Source: a virus (taxonomy: Duplodnaviria > Caudoviricetes). From it: a stretch of 29,404 bases of DNA. The stretch spans positions 1-29,404 of IMG/VR virus record IMGVR_UViG_3300020044_001984, one strand, 5' to 3'. The notes below the pieces were generated by a model that did no database searches, was not told where the DNA came from, and saw nothing but the letters and a program-made list of their open reading frames with translations. Each line of letters starts with the position of its first letter. Position 1 is the first letter of the stretch. Position numbers and translations under genes: made by a program. Shown in pieces: positions 1-6,863 of the stretch.

Positions 1-541
1 TGCTGCGCTTCCATTGGGTTAGTCCGTCCATGATGGTAGCTGGTAGTGTCTTGGCGATAGCTTTACTCCATGCCTTCACTGCCAAGCCTCTTCCTACCTT
101 CCTTGGATATTCATTCCAAAACAAATCAAAACCATCGACAGATGGTGGTATTCTTTTCTTCTCTTTCTTTGTCTCTCTCTCTGTCTCTGGGATAGCAACC
201 TGATAGCTAACCTCTATCATCTTGCTAGCATCTTGATAGCATCCAGATAGCAGTGAGATAAAACCTTTATCTATCAATGGCTTGAGTGCTTCACTAAAAA
301 CATCAGCATCAAAACCAGTGCGCCAAGCGATAGCGTCAACCGTATCTGTGATGATACCCTTGTCATGCTCACTTGCTACCAGCCAGAGCATTGGTGCTAG
401 AGCCTTGCTAGCAATCGGCAAGCGTTGCCAATGGTAATCATTGAGCAATGACCTATGCAGTTTTACCCAGATAGGATTGCGATCTTTGTAATGCTGGAGA
501 CTAGCCCAGTCTTTAATTTCTATTGTGATTTTTTCTGTCAT
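1..541 (-). CDS. Phage replication initiator / replisome organizer (runs off the left edge; not in the ORF track)
   Basis: Manual translation from ATG 541: MTEKITIEIKDWASLQHYKDRNPIWVKLHRSLLND...FDLFWNEYPRKVGRGLAVKAWSK, open to the window edge. QHYKDRNPxWxKLH N-terminus and FxxFWxxYPRKVG..A.KAW C-terminal motif are typical of phage initiators. AGAGG RBS upstream; internal iterons. Confidence 0.8.
   Translation of the reverse strand, partial: MTEKITIEIKDWASLQHYKDRNPIWVKLHRSLLNDYHWQRLPIASKALAPMLWLVASEHDKGIITDTVDAIAWRTGFDADVFSEALKPLIDKGFISLLSGCYQDASKMIEVSYQVAIPETERETKKEKKRIPPSVDGFDLFWNEYPRKVGRGLAVKAWSKAIAKTLPATIMDGLTQWKRS
151..267. repeat. Putative replication origin: 11-bp-period iterons plus adjacent polypyrimidine/polypurine tract
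   Basis: Units start at 191, 202, 213, 224, 235, 246, 257 (gatagcaacct, gatagctaacc, tctatcatctt, gctagcatctt, gatagcatcca, gatagcagtga, gataaaacctt). 151-188 is almost purely C/T on the plus strand. Lies in the initiator's linker-coding region, as lambda ori lies in O. Confidence 0.7.
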
Positions 542-556
542 ACTCTTAGTCCTCTA

Positions 557-585
557 TTGATGCGAGGACATAAGCAGGATATAAC
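557..585 (+). promoter_or_regulatory. Putative sigma70-type promoter, antisense to the leftward operon
   Basis: TTGATG (557-562), 17-bp spacer, TATAAC (580-585). Confidence 0.45.
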
Positions 586-591
586 AATCCC

Positions 592-665
592 GTTACGCCC
601 AACGCCGAATCCGTTGTGGCATTAGAGGCCATCCCGGAGTGCGTCCTGGGGTGGCCTCGTCCTTA
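592..665 (+). ncRNA. Candidate antisense small RNA (OOP-like position)
   Basis: Downstream of the 557-585 promoter. Two hairpins: 597-620 (gcccaacg/cgttgtggc) and GC-rich 625-658 (gaggccatcccgga/tcctggggtggcctc). U-tail is weak. Confidence 0.35.
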
Positions 666-1169
666 TGCATACCTCTTTTCTACTCCGCGATCAAGTTTAT
701 CTTGATATCTCCTGCACCCGTGCAAGATGGTGGTATGATCCTTGCCGCCCATATAGCTAGCAATGCGAGGGTATGACCAGCCGAGATCGTGACGCAGATG
801 CCAGTAGATTTCATGGCGGCAGTCAGGCAGATTGCCATACCTAAACTCAGCCCGAACATCCTTGGGTGAATAGCCCCACTTCTCACAGCCTCGCAGGACA
901 ATCGTTCGTGCCTGTTCCATTACGTTCACTGGCGGTGCATCGCTGGTCAGATACCAGATGTCTCGGTCGTATGTCCGCAGTGGTGGGTTGGTGGCTAGCA
1001 TGCGGCGCAACCGTTCACGCTTGTCGCCATGCTTTGTGATCTCGATAGGTTTCTTGCTGATCGAATCAACGACCTCTATACCCGCCTTGGTCTTGTGCAT
1101 AACCTGTGGAACAGGCCGAAACTTATTTCGTATGTCCTTGTATCTATTGATAAAATCTAGGTCATTCAT
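663..1169 (-). CDS. Protein with DnaA C-terminal-type helix-turn-helix domain
   Basis: CRHEIYWHLRHDLGWSYPRIASYMGGKDHTTILHGCRR matches the DnaA domain IV signature (S...IG..FG.RDHTTV.HA). No AAA+ domain. Confidence 0.8.
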   Translation of the reverse strand: MNDLDFINRYKDIRNKFRPVPQVMHKTKAGIEVVDSISKKPIEITKHGDKRERLRRMLATNPPLRTYDRDIWYLTSDAPPVNVMEQARTIVLRGCEKWGYSPKDVRAEFRYGNLPDCRHEIYWHLRHDLGWSYPRIASYMGGKDHTTILHGCRRYQDKLDRGVEKRYA

Positions 1170-1512
1170 TATTCACTCCCGTTATTTCTATGGTGATGTT
1201 CTGACCGACACCATCCCACTCTGCAATGATCTTATCGCATAGGCTGTCATCATCGACTAGCCCGGCGGCGACGATCAGATCATGTAAGGGCTTCAATAAA
1301 TTGTCAAGATCCCTTCGCCTCTTATCTTTGCGCTGGATCTTAAAGTGGATCTGATAATGGCCCTCGACCCTATCGCCTGTCTGAAGATGTAGCTTCAGGG
1401 TCTGGTCGATCAGCCATGTCCGATACAGTGCAGACTTAATCACGCCTCGACCAGGCACTGCCCTCCAGATTGCATTGGCTGATGGTGGATAGTTATCCAG
1501 TATGATGATCAT
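1162..1512 (-). CDS. rusA: RusA family Holliday junction resolvase
   Basis: PPSANAIWR N-terminus; RRRDLDNLLKPLHD...DDDS catalytic Asp pattern. Confidence 0.9.
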   Translation of the reverse strand: MIIILDNYPPSANAIWRAVPGRGVIKSALYRTWLIDQTLKLHLQTGDRVEGHYQIHFKIQRKDKRRRDLDNLLKPLHDLIVAAGLVDDDSLCDKIIAEWDGVGQNITIEITGVNNE

Positions 1513-1523
1513 AAAGTCCTCAT

Positions 1524-1554
1524 AAAAAAAGAGGCCAGCAATTAAGCCAGCCTC
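1524..1554 (-). terminator. Intrinsic terminator after the Cro-like gene
   Basis: Minus strand GAGGCTGGC-TTAATT-GCTGGCCTC-TTTTTTT: 9-bp stem with two G-U pairs, then U7. Confidence 0.8.
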
Positions 1555-1584
1555 AGTTAGGGAGGAACGCGTGAGCGAACCCTA

Positions 1585-1803
1585 CTATTTTACCCACTTG
1601 TATGAATTATACAAGATCATAAGATCATGAGCCGTGATCTCGATGCCCTTGCTCTGACAAAGATTGATCAACTCAGGCCAGTATTTGATTGGCACTTTGT
1701 TCTGAAAGCACATCATATTGACTGAGTGCAACTTGCAACCCAATGATTCTGCTACGAATTTCCGAGTGCCGACTTTGTTAAAGAGTGTTTCGATATGTGA
1801 CAT
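1585..1803 (-). CDS. Cro-like HTH transcriptional regulator
   Basis: 72 aa with G...VA..LG....SV......N.VP.KYWP.L pattern; AGGAG RBS; first gene from the divergent control region. Confidence 0.7.
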   Translation of the reverse strand: MSHIETLFNKVGTRKFVAESLGCKLHSVNMMCFQNKVPIKYWPELINLCQSKGIEITAHDLMILYNSYKWVK

Positions 1804-1846
1804 GGGGTCTCCTTTTCTTTTTTTTATTTAACACTTCAATTTCTAG

Positions 1847-1875
1847 TTGACAACCCTTAAACTAATTTTTATCGT
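1847..1875 (+). promoter_or_regulatory. Sigma70-type rightward early promoter in divergent AT-rich control region
   Basis: TTGACA (1847-1852), 17 bp, TATCGT (1870-1875); GGAGG at 1891-1895 before ATG 1901. The -35 lies in the near-palindrome GTTGACAAC. Confidence 0.7.
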
Positions 1876-1900
1876 AAGCATACAAACAAAGGAGGACGTT

Positions 1901-2089
1901 ATGTTTGAAACGAATTTAATCAGTGTCGCAATGGCGGCAGAGCACGTGAAGAGCAAGGCCGAACTGGTCTATTGGAATGTTCCGAGTTCTGAATACCACC
2001 GCAAGAATATGCACGAGGACTTCGACAAGCTGGCAAAACTGATGGGTTATATCATCATCGCAAAGGAGCAAGACGATGACAATGCTTGA
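1901..2089 (+). CDS. Hypothetical early protein (62 aa)
   Basis: Start moved to ATG 1901 because of the strong GGAGG RBS. Confidence 0.75.
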   Translation: MFETNLISVAMAAEHVKSKAELVYWNVPSSEYHRKNMHEDFDKLAKLMGYIIIAKEQDDDNA

Positions 2090-2258
2090 GATGGAAGGAC
2101 TGTTGCACGACATGATCGAGTCGGTCTTTTGTTACGCATACAATAAGTCACCAGAAAATTTCGACGATATGCTGATGACCGCCAGACACTGCTCGCAGGA
2201 ATTTGCTTTTCATATCAATCAGATGGACGAAATGGAGGACGAAAATGCAAGCCGCTAA
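2076..2258 (+). CDS. Hypothetical acidic protein
   Basis: Overlaps both neighbours in operon fashion; AGGAG upstream. Confidence 0.65.
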   Translation: MTMLEMEGLLHDMIESVFCYAYNKSPENFDDMLMTARHCSQEFAFHINQMDEMEDENASR

Positions 2259-2823
2259 TATCCACCAGCGCATTGCCAAGGTAATGCAGACCATCACCTA
2301 CATTCAGAAAGAGAAGAAGGCAGGGATGCGCTACACCATTGTGTCGCATGATGCGGTCACTGCTAAGGTCAGAGGCCCACTGCTCGATGCTGGTATCCAC
2401 TACTACCCTAAGACTGTCAGCCATGTTCAGAATGGCAACCGCACACAGTGCGAGATGGTCGTGCGATTCGTTAACATCGATGATCCATCCGACTACATCG
2501 ACGTTGAGACATTCGGATTCGGTATCGACGATCAGGACAAGGGGCCGGGCAAGGCGATGTCCTACGCGGTCAAGTATGCCCTGCTGAAATGCCTCGGCCT
2601 TGAGACTGGAGACGATCCAGATCTAGAGCAGGATGTTCAACACAAGCAGGACATTCGCCCTTGGTCACAGATCGAGACCATGCTTGCCAATGCTACTGAT
2701 CCTGATCTGCTGAAGTCAGTCAAGATCATGCTGCGTGATGAAGCTGGGTATTGGCCAGCAGACTATCGCGCTAAGTTCAATGCTGCCTATGCAGTCCGTT
2801 CGCAGGAGTTATCCAATGTCTAA
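2245..2823 (+). CDS. erf: ERF family single-strand annealing protein (recombinase)
   Basis: DQDKGPGKAMSYAVKYALLKCLGLETGDDPD is the ERF GxAxSYAxKY...DxD motif. GGAGG RBS before ATG 2245. Confidence 0.88.
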   Translation: MQAANIHQRIAKVMQTITYIQKEKKAGMRYTIVSHDAVTAKVRGPLLDAGIHYYPKTVSHVQNGNRTQCEMVVRFVNIDDPSDYIDVETFGFGIDDQDKGPGKAMSYAVKYALLKCLGLETGDDPDLEQDVQHKQDIRPWSQIETMLANATDPDLLKSVKIMLRDEAGYWPADYRAKFNAAYAVRSQELSNV

Positions 2824-3307
2824 TTTCCATGTCGCCATGCTCGAAACCAAGATCCGTTCTCTGCTGGAAGAATACCCAGAACTGAACGACGATGAAGAGT
2901 TCAAGATGAATGTGCTGGAGGGAGAGACAGACTTCCACCGTATTCTCACAAGCCTCGTCCGCAAGGCGCAGTTCGCTGGCTCGATAGCCACTGGTATATC
3001 CGAGGAAACAAGGCGGCTTGGCGACCGTAAGAGACGGTATGAGAGGCAGGAAGATTTCAACCGTGCCTTGATCAAGGAAGTGATGGAGATTGCCGAGATC
3101 CGTAAAGCTGAACTGCCACTGGCTACCCTTGTTATTAGCAATAAGTCAGCATCTGTTATCATCACTGACGAGACCCTGCTGCCTGATAACCTGGTGAGGA
3201 TTAAGCGAGAGCCTAACAAGACCGAGATCAAGAAGGCATTGGAAGCTGGTCCTGTCGCTGGTGCAGAACTGTCGAACGGCGGAACAACCTTGGTGATTCG
3301 ATCATGA
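2816..3307 (+). CDS. Siphovirus Gp157 / Mu Gam-like family protein
   Basis: Coiled-coil N-half and IITDETLLPD...KREPNKTEIKKALEAGPVAGAEL C-terminus; next to ERF; AGGAG RBS. Confidence 0.85.
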   Translation: MSNFHVAMLETKIRSLLEEYPELNDDEEFKMNVLEGETDFHRILTSLVRKAQFAGSIATGISEETRRLGDRKRRYERQEDFNRALIKEVMEIAEIRKAELPLATLVISNKSASVIITDETLLPDNLVRIKREPNKTEIKKALEAGPVAGAELSNGGTTLVIRS

Positions 3308-3639
3308 CCGGGTTCCAGAGCAAGCGGATGGCGACAGACCCTTGGATTAACCATGACATTCATAGGTCTGTGCAAGCACCACCTACCCCGCCACTGCAAT
3401 TCAAGTCTGAGGTATTCAAAGAGGTGAAGCCAGTGAAGCCATACCCTACCCGCGAGAGGCTGCTTGAACTGTTTACCTTGGAGGATGGGATGCTGAAACG
3501 CATCAAGCCTCACCATCGTGAACGTGCTGACGGTGTTGTCGGTTGGATCAACCCAATGCGGGGCGACCGATACGTCAGGATTGACGGCAAGAACTGCAAG
3601 ATCGACAGGCTTGTCAGCATATTTAAGGGTGAAGAGTGA
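3304..3639 (+). CDS. Hypothetical protein whose C-half resembles an HNH homing-endonuclease N-terminal domain lacking the HNH core
   Basis: PTRERLLELF...DGML...G.VG.....RYVRIDGKN..IDRL, then stop before any DH.N...N motif. ATGA coupling to the previous gene. Confidence 0.6.
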   Translation: MTGFQSKRMATDPWINHDIHRSVQAPPTPPLQFKSEVFKEVKPVKPYPTRERLLELFTLEDGMLKRIKPHHRERADGVVGWINPMRGDRYVRIDGKNCKIDRLVSIFKGEE

Positions 3640-4391
3640 TGGGCGTTATTGCCGTGTGGTTTTCTTGTGGTGCTGCCAGCGCGGTTGCCGCTAAAAAAAC
3701 CATTGAGAAGTATGGGTCAGTTCATACTGTTCGTGTTCTGAATAACCCTGTTATTGAGGAGGACGAGGACAATCGGAGGTTCCTAAAAGATATAGAAAAA
3801 TGGATTGGCATTGAGATCGAAAGCGTTGTGTCTGCTCGATACCCAGACCAGTCGGCTGTATCTGTATGGAACAAACGCAAGTTTATGAGTGGCCCAATGG
3901 GTGCGCCGTGTACGCTAGAGTTGAAGAAGTTCGCTAGACAAGATTGGGAAAAGAATAACTCTTGCGATTGGCATGTCCTTGGATTTACCCTTGATGAAAA
4001 GAAACGACATGACAGGTTCGTATTAACAGAACGATCCAATGTTATTCCTGTCTTGATTGACGAGCGCATTACCAAAGCAAGGTGCTTCTCCATCTTGGAA
4101 TCTGCTGGCATTAAACTGCCTCGCATTTATTCAATGGGATATCCTAATGCTAACTGTATTGGCTGCGTCAAGGCTACGTCTGCGACCTATTGGTCTCATG
4201 TCAAACAAATGCACCCAGATGTTTTTGCTGCAAGGGCAGAACAATCTCGCAGGATAGGCGCGAGGTTAGTACGCCACCAAGGGAAGCGGTTGTTCTTGGA
4301 TGAACTGCCAGATGGTGCGAAGGGAAGGTCTATGAAAACTATGGACTTTGAGTGCGGTATATTCTGTGAGGAGAAACAAAATGTGGCATAA
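3636..4391 (+). CDS. PP-loop (adenine nucleotide alpha-hydrolase / PAPS reductase-like) protein with Cys motifs
   Basis: VWFSCGAASAVA variant PP-loop; APCT..LKK; NANCIGCVK; C-terminal ECGIFC. Confidence 0.75.
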   Translation: MMGVIAVWFSCGAASAVAAKKTIEKYGSVHTVRVLNNPVIEEDEDNRRFLKDIEKWIGIEIESVVSARYPDQSAVSVWNKRKFMSGPMGAPCTLELKKFARQDWEKNNSCDWHVLGFTLDEKKRHDRFVLTERSNVIPVLIDERITKARCFSILESAGIKLPRIYSMGYPNANCIGCVKATSATYWSHVKQMHPDVFAARAEQSRRIGARLVRHQGKRLFLDELPDGAKGRSMKTMDFECGIFCEEKQNVA

Positions 4392-4797
4392 AAGATTCTT
4401 TGATATGGCTGACCTAGTAGGATCATGGTCTAAAGATCCATCGACTAAAGTCGGCGCAGTCATTGTCAGACCTGATCGAACCATTGCATCAGTTGGATAT
4501 AACGGATTCCCTCGTGGAGTAGAGGACGTGTACACGACCCGCGATGCCAAGCTATTGCGTACTGTCCATGCCGAGGCCAATGCAATCCTTGCTGCTCAGG
4601 AACCGCTGCGTGGATATACCTTGTACGTTACGCCACTGCATCCATGTGCAAACTGTGCTGCCTTCATCATTCAATCTGGAATAATGCAAGTGCATTACCG
4701 CATAGGAATGAGTGCCTCGGCGTGGCTGGAACACTATGACGCGATGAAAGAAATGTTTGAACAGGCAAAGGTAAAGCACCAATGGCACAAAATCTAG
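4381..4797 (+). CDS. dCMP deaminase
   Basis: SKDPSTKVGAVIV, GYNG, HAEANA and PCANC zinc motifs; GAGGAG RBS before ATG 4381. Confidence 0.92.
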   Translation: MWHKRFFDMADLVGSWSKDPSTKVGAVIVRPDRTIASVGYNGFPRGVEDVYTTRDAKLLRTVHAEANAILAAQEPLRGYTLYVTPLHPCANCAAFIIQSGIMQVHYRIGMSASAWLEHYDAMKEMFEQAKVKHQWHKI

Positions 4798-5096
4798 CCG
4801 AGCAATATAGACTAGCAGCCAAGGAATGGGTTGATGTCGATAGTGCTGCCTCTCTATCAGAGGAACTAAAGACACCAATCCTTAACCAGAGGATGCTAGC
4901 ACTTGATGAATCCCTCGCAATGAACAAGCGGGAGATGATCGTCAAAGCATCAGACGAGTGGCAGAAATATATATCAGAGATGGTCGAGGCCAGGACTAAG
5001 GCCAATCTACTCAAGGTCAAACTGGAATGGATCAAGATGCGATTCGCCCAACAGCAATCGGAAGAAGCAACACGCAGGTCGGAGATGAGACTATGA
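4782..5096 (+). CDS. Helical hypothetical protein (possibly UvsY-like recombination mediator)
   Basis: All-helical, charged 104-aa ORF, coupled to neighbours. Function inferred only from size, composition and context. Confidence 0.55.
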   Translation: MAQNLAEQYRLAAKEWVDVDSAASLSEELKTPILNQRMLALDESLAMNKREMIVKASDEWQKYISEMVEARTKANLLKVKLEWIKMRFAQQQSEEATRRSEMRL

Positions 5097-5365
5097 TTAA
5101 GTTGGAACAGATGGGTGACAAGGACCGCGAACTGGCGATGGCATTTGATCAGGATGTTACGCAAGCTATGTATGATGCGGTCGATACTAGTAATACCCTA
5201 GAGATTAACCTCCAAAAATTTGAGGGAATTATCCTGACAGTTCTAGTGATCAATGCAGTCAGTTGGTATCAGACAATTGGCGGCGTGGATAAGGAAGAGT
5301 TCATGTCGGCTATCTCTCATATCTTTGATGGGTTTGACAGTGACCAGACGATCATTAAGCACTAA
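5093..5365 (+). CDS. Hypothetical protein
   Basis: ATGA overlap at 5093-5096; 90 aa. Confidence 0.65.
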   Translation: MIKLEQMGDKDRELAMAFDQDVTQAMYDAVDTSNTLEINLQKFEGIILTVLVINAVSWYQTIGGVDKEEFMSAISHIFDGFDSDQTIIKH

Positions 5366-5681
5366 GAAAAGATTGGAACTGTTCAATGATCATAGAGGGA
5401 TCTGCCATATATGCTCTGGGAAAATCCAAGTTGGCGAGGCTTGGGAAGTTGAGCATGTCATACCATTTGCAATGGGAGGTGAGGATGGCGGGGATAACCT
5501 CGCCCCTGCTCATATCAAATGTCATTCGGTCAAAACAAAAGAGGATGTTCGGAATGTTGCCAAAGCAAAACGACGAGAAGCCAAGCACCTTGGAATCAAA
5601 GCAGACAGAGGGCCAGCAATCCCCGGCAGTAAGCGGTCAGGCTGGAAGCGCAAACTCGATGGAACCATTGTCAGACGCTGA
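5340..5681 (+). CDS. HNH endonuclease
   Basis: CHIC...WEVEHVIPFAMGG.D..DNLAPAHIKCH..KT; GTG start at 5340 assumed. Confidence 0.88.
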   Translation: MTRRSLSTKKRLELFNDHRGICHICSGKIQVGEAWEVEHVIPFAMGGEDGGDNLAPAHIKCHSVKTKEDVRNVAKAKRREAKHLGIKADRGPAIPGSKRSGWKRKLDGTIVRR

Positions 5682-5742
5682 GTCCAGAGAGATCGAGGCA
5701 TTGACGCGATGGATCTATTCTAGCGGAAACAATGGAGACTAA

Positions 5743-5967
5743 GTGATGGACGATAAGATTAAACGGCTCGCCGAACAGGCTGGGTGGGATATGGGGGATG
5801 AGGTTTGCGGGTTCACCACGAGGCTTGAGCGATTTGCAGAATTGCTTGTCCAAGAAAAGAATGACGAGATTGAACGGTTGCGGAAATATGTAAAAATATT
5901 AGGTGAAGAAGTTTACCTTCTCAACAGAGATCAACCTAGTGGAGATAAGACAGATGAAAATTCTTGA
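5743..5967 (+). CDS. Hypothetical protein
   Basis: GGAG RBS; IKRLAEQAG...LERFAELLV pattern of small phage early proteins. Confidence 0.65.
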   Translation: MMDDKIKRLAEQAGWDMGDEVCGFTTRLERFAELLVQEKNDEIERLRKYVKILGEEVYLLNRDQPSGDKTDENS

Positions 5968-6268
5968 TGATGCTAAGGAGATTATATCTGAACGGGGATC
6001 AGACTATGGTGGATTCGTCGAATCATTTAATAGAGCATCAGCTATAGCAAGCACACTTTCTGGCAAGGACATAACACCATACGATGTGGCTGTTGTAATG
6101 ATGGCTGTCAAACAGGCAAGGATCAACAACGATCCTATGAAGTATGATAGCTGGGTAGACCTGATAGCCTACTGTGGGTTCGCTAGTTATTTTGCCTCGC
6201 CAAGCCAGAGGAAAAGCAAGGTCACTGATGAGGAAGTGGATTTTATTATGGGGAAGCTGCGTGAATAA
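5954..6268 (+). CDS. DUF6378-like helical protein
   Basis: ILDDAKEIISERGSDYG...F..A.......DVAVVM.AVK.AR.......DSWVDLIAY; GGAG RBS before ATG 5954. Confidence 0.75.
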   Translation: MKILDDAKEIISERGSDYGGFVESFNRASAIASTLSGKDITPYDVAVVMMAVKQARINNDPMKYDSWVDLIAYCGFASYFASPSQRKSKVTDEEVDFIMGKLRE

Positions 6269-6353
6269 AGATGATATAAAGTGCTGCATCCAGATCATGG
6301 TGTTCTATTTGCTAGCATTACCCATGTTTGTTTACTGGATCTTAACAGAATGA
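6261..6353 (+). CDS. Single-TM microprotein (30 aa)
   Basis: MNKDDIKCCIQIMVFYLLALPMFVYWILTE; GTG start overlaps the upstream stop by 8 nt. Confidence 0.5.
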   Translation: MNKDDIKCCIQIMVFYLLALPMFVYWILTE

Positions 6354-6436
6354 TTACATATGTAGAGGGATATATCGCTGGCCTTGTCACGGCTTTAGTT
6401 ATATTCCTGATTTACATAGGAGTCATTCATGGATGA
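6350..6436 (+). CDS. Single-TM microprotein (28 aa)
   Basis: MITYVEGYIAGLVTALVIFLIYIGVIHG; ATGA coupling at 6350-6353. Confidence 0.55.
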   Translation: MITYVEGYIAGLVTALVIFLIYIGVIHG

Positions 6437-6863
6437 ACTATCACAGATGTATATAGGTGGCCTCTTAACTGGGGCCATTCTATATTTCGCAGCACAGATG
6501 GTAATGCTGACGATCAAGTTAGATATTGACCACGGAAAACAGGCCGTCCTCGAACCATCTCACAAAACTCAGGCGGTAGAAGATGGCCCTCTTCATCAAA
6601 AGTTAGAAGAACAAATCCTTCGACTGCACGAGATGGTGCACCTTCAGTATATTCGAACGCAGGAGATTGCGGATCACCTAACATCCCAGTCTCAATCCCC
6701 CAGTGAGATCCATTTCGATTCCGAACTGCGTAGACTTGTAGCTGATGCGTGTGGTTCGTCACAATCGTCAGACCAGCATGAAGAGCATTGTTCCAAGTCG
6801 CATGAATCCCACCCCGAAAGCGATGCCGCACCTCAACGTCATTCAGCATCACCGAATAGCTGA
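6429..6863 (+). CDS. N-terminal TM protein, extending antisense over the phosphoesterase 3' end
   Basis: AGGAG RBS; MDELSQMYIGGLLTGAILYFAAQMVML hydrophobic start; 350-nt convergent overlap. Confidence 0.4.
   Translation: MDELSQMYIGGLLTGAILYFAAQMVMLTIKLDIDHGKQAVLEPSHKTQAVEDGPLHQKLEEQILRLHEMVHLQYIRTQEIADHLTSQSQSPSEIHFDSELRRLVADACGSSQSSDQHEEHCSKSHESHPESDAAPQRHSASPNS

Noticed and set aside
191-267. CRISPR-like or mini-array reading of the short repeats
   Set aside because: 11-bp contiguous degenerate units without spacers, inside a coding region; iterons fit better.
1474-1500. Possible fourth G[AUAA]C/G[C]C motif at the rusA start
   Set aside because: Only about 2 bp of inner stem and a mismatched outer stem; likely chance.
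2809-5164. Minus-strand ORFs over early genes (2809-3516, 3722-4126, 4667-5164)
   Set aside because: Shadow frames opposite motif-bearing genes.
5659-5742. 27-aa ORF MEPLSDAESREIEALTRWIYSSGNNGD filling the gap after the HNH gene
   Set aside because: Plausible, but it has no clear RBS or motif; not enough support to call.
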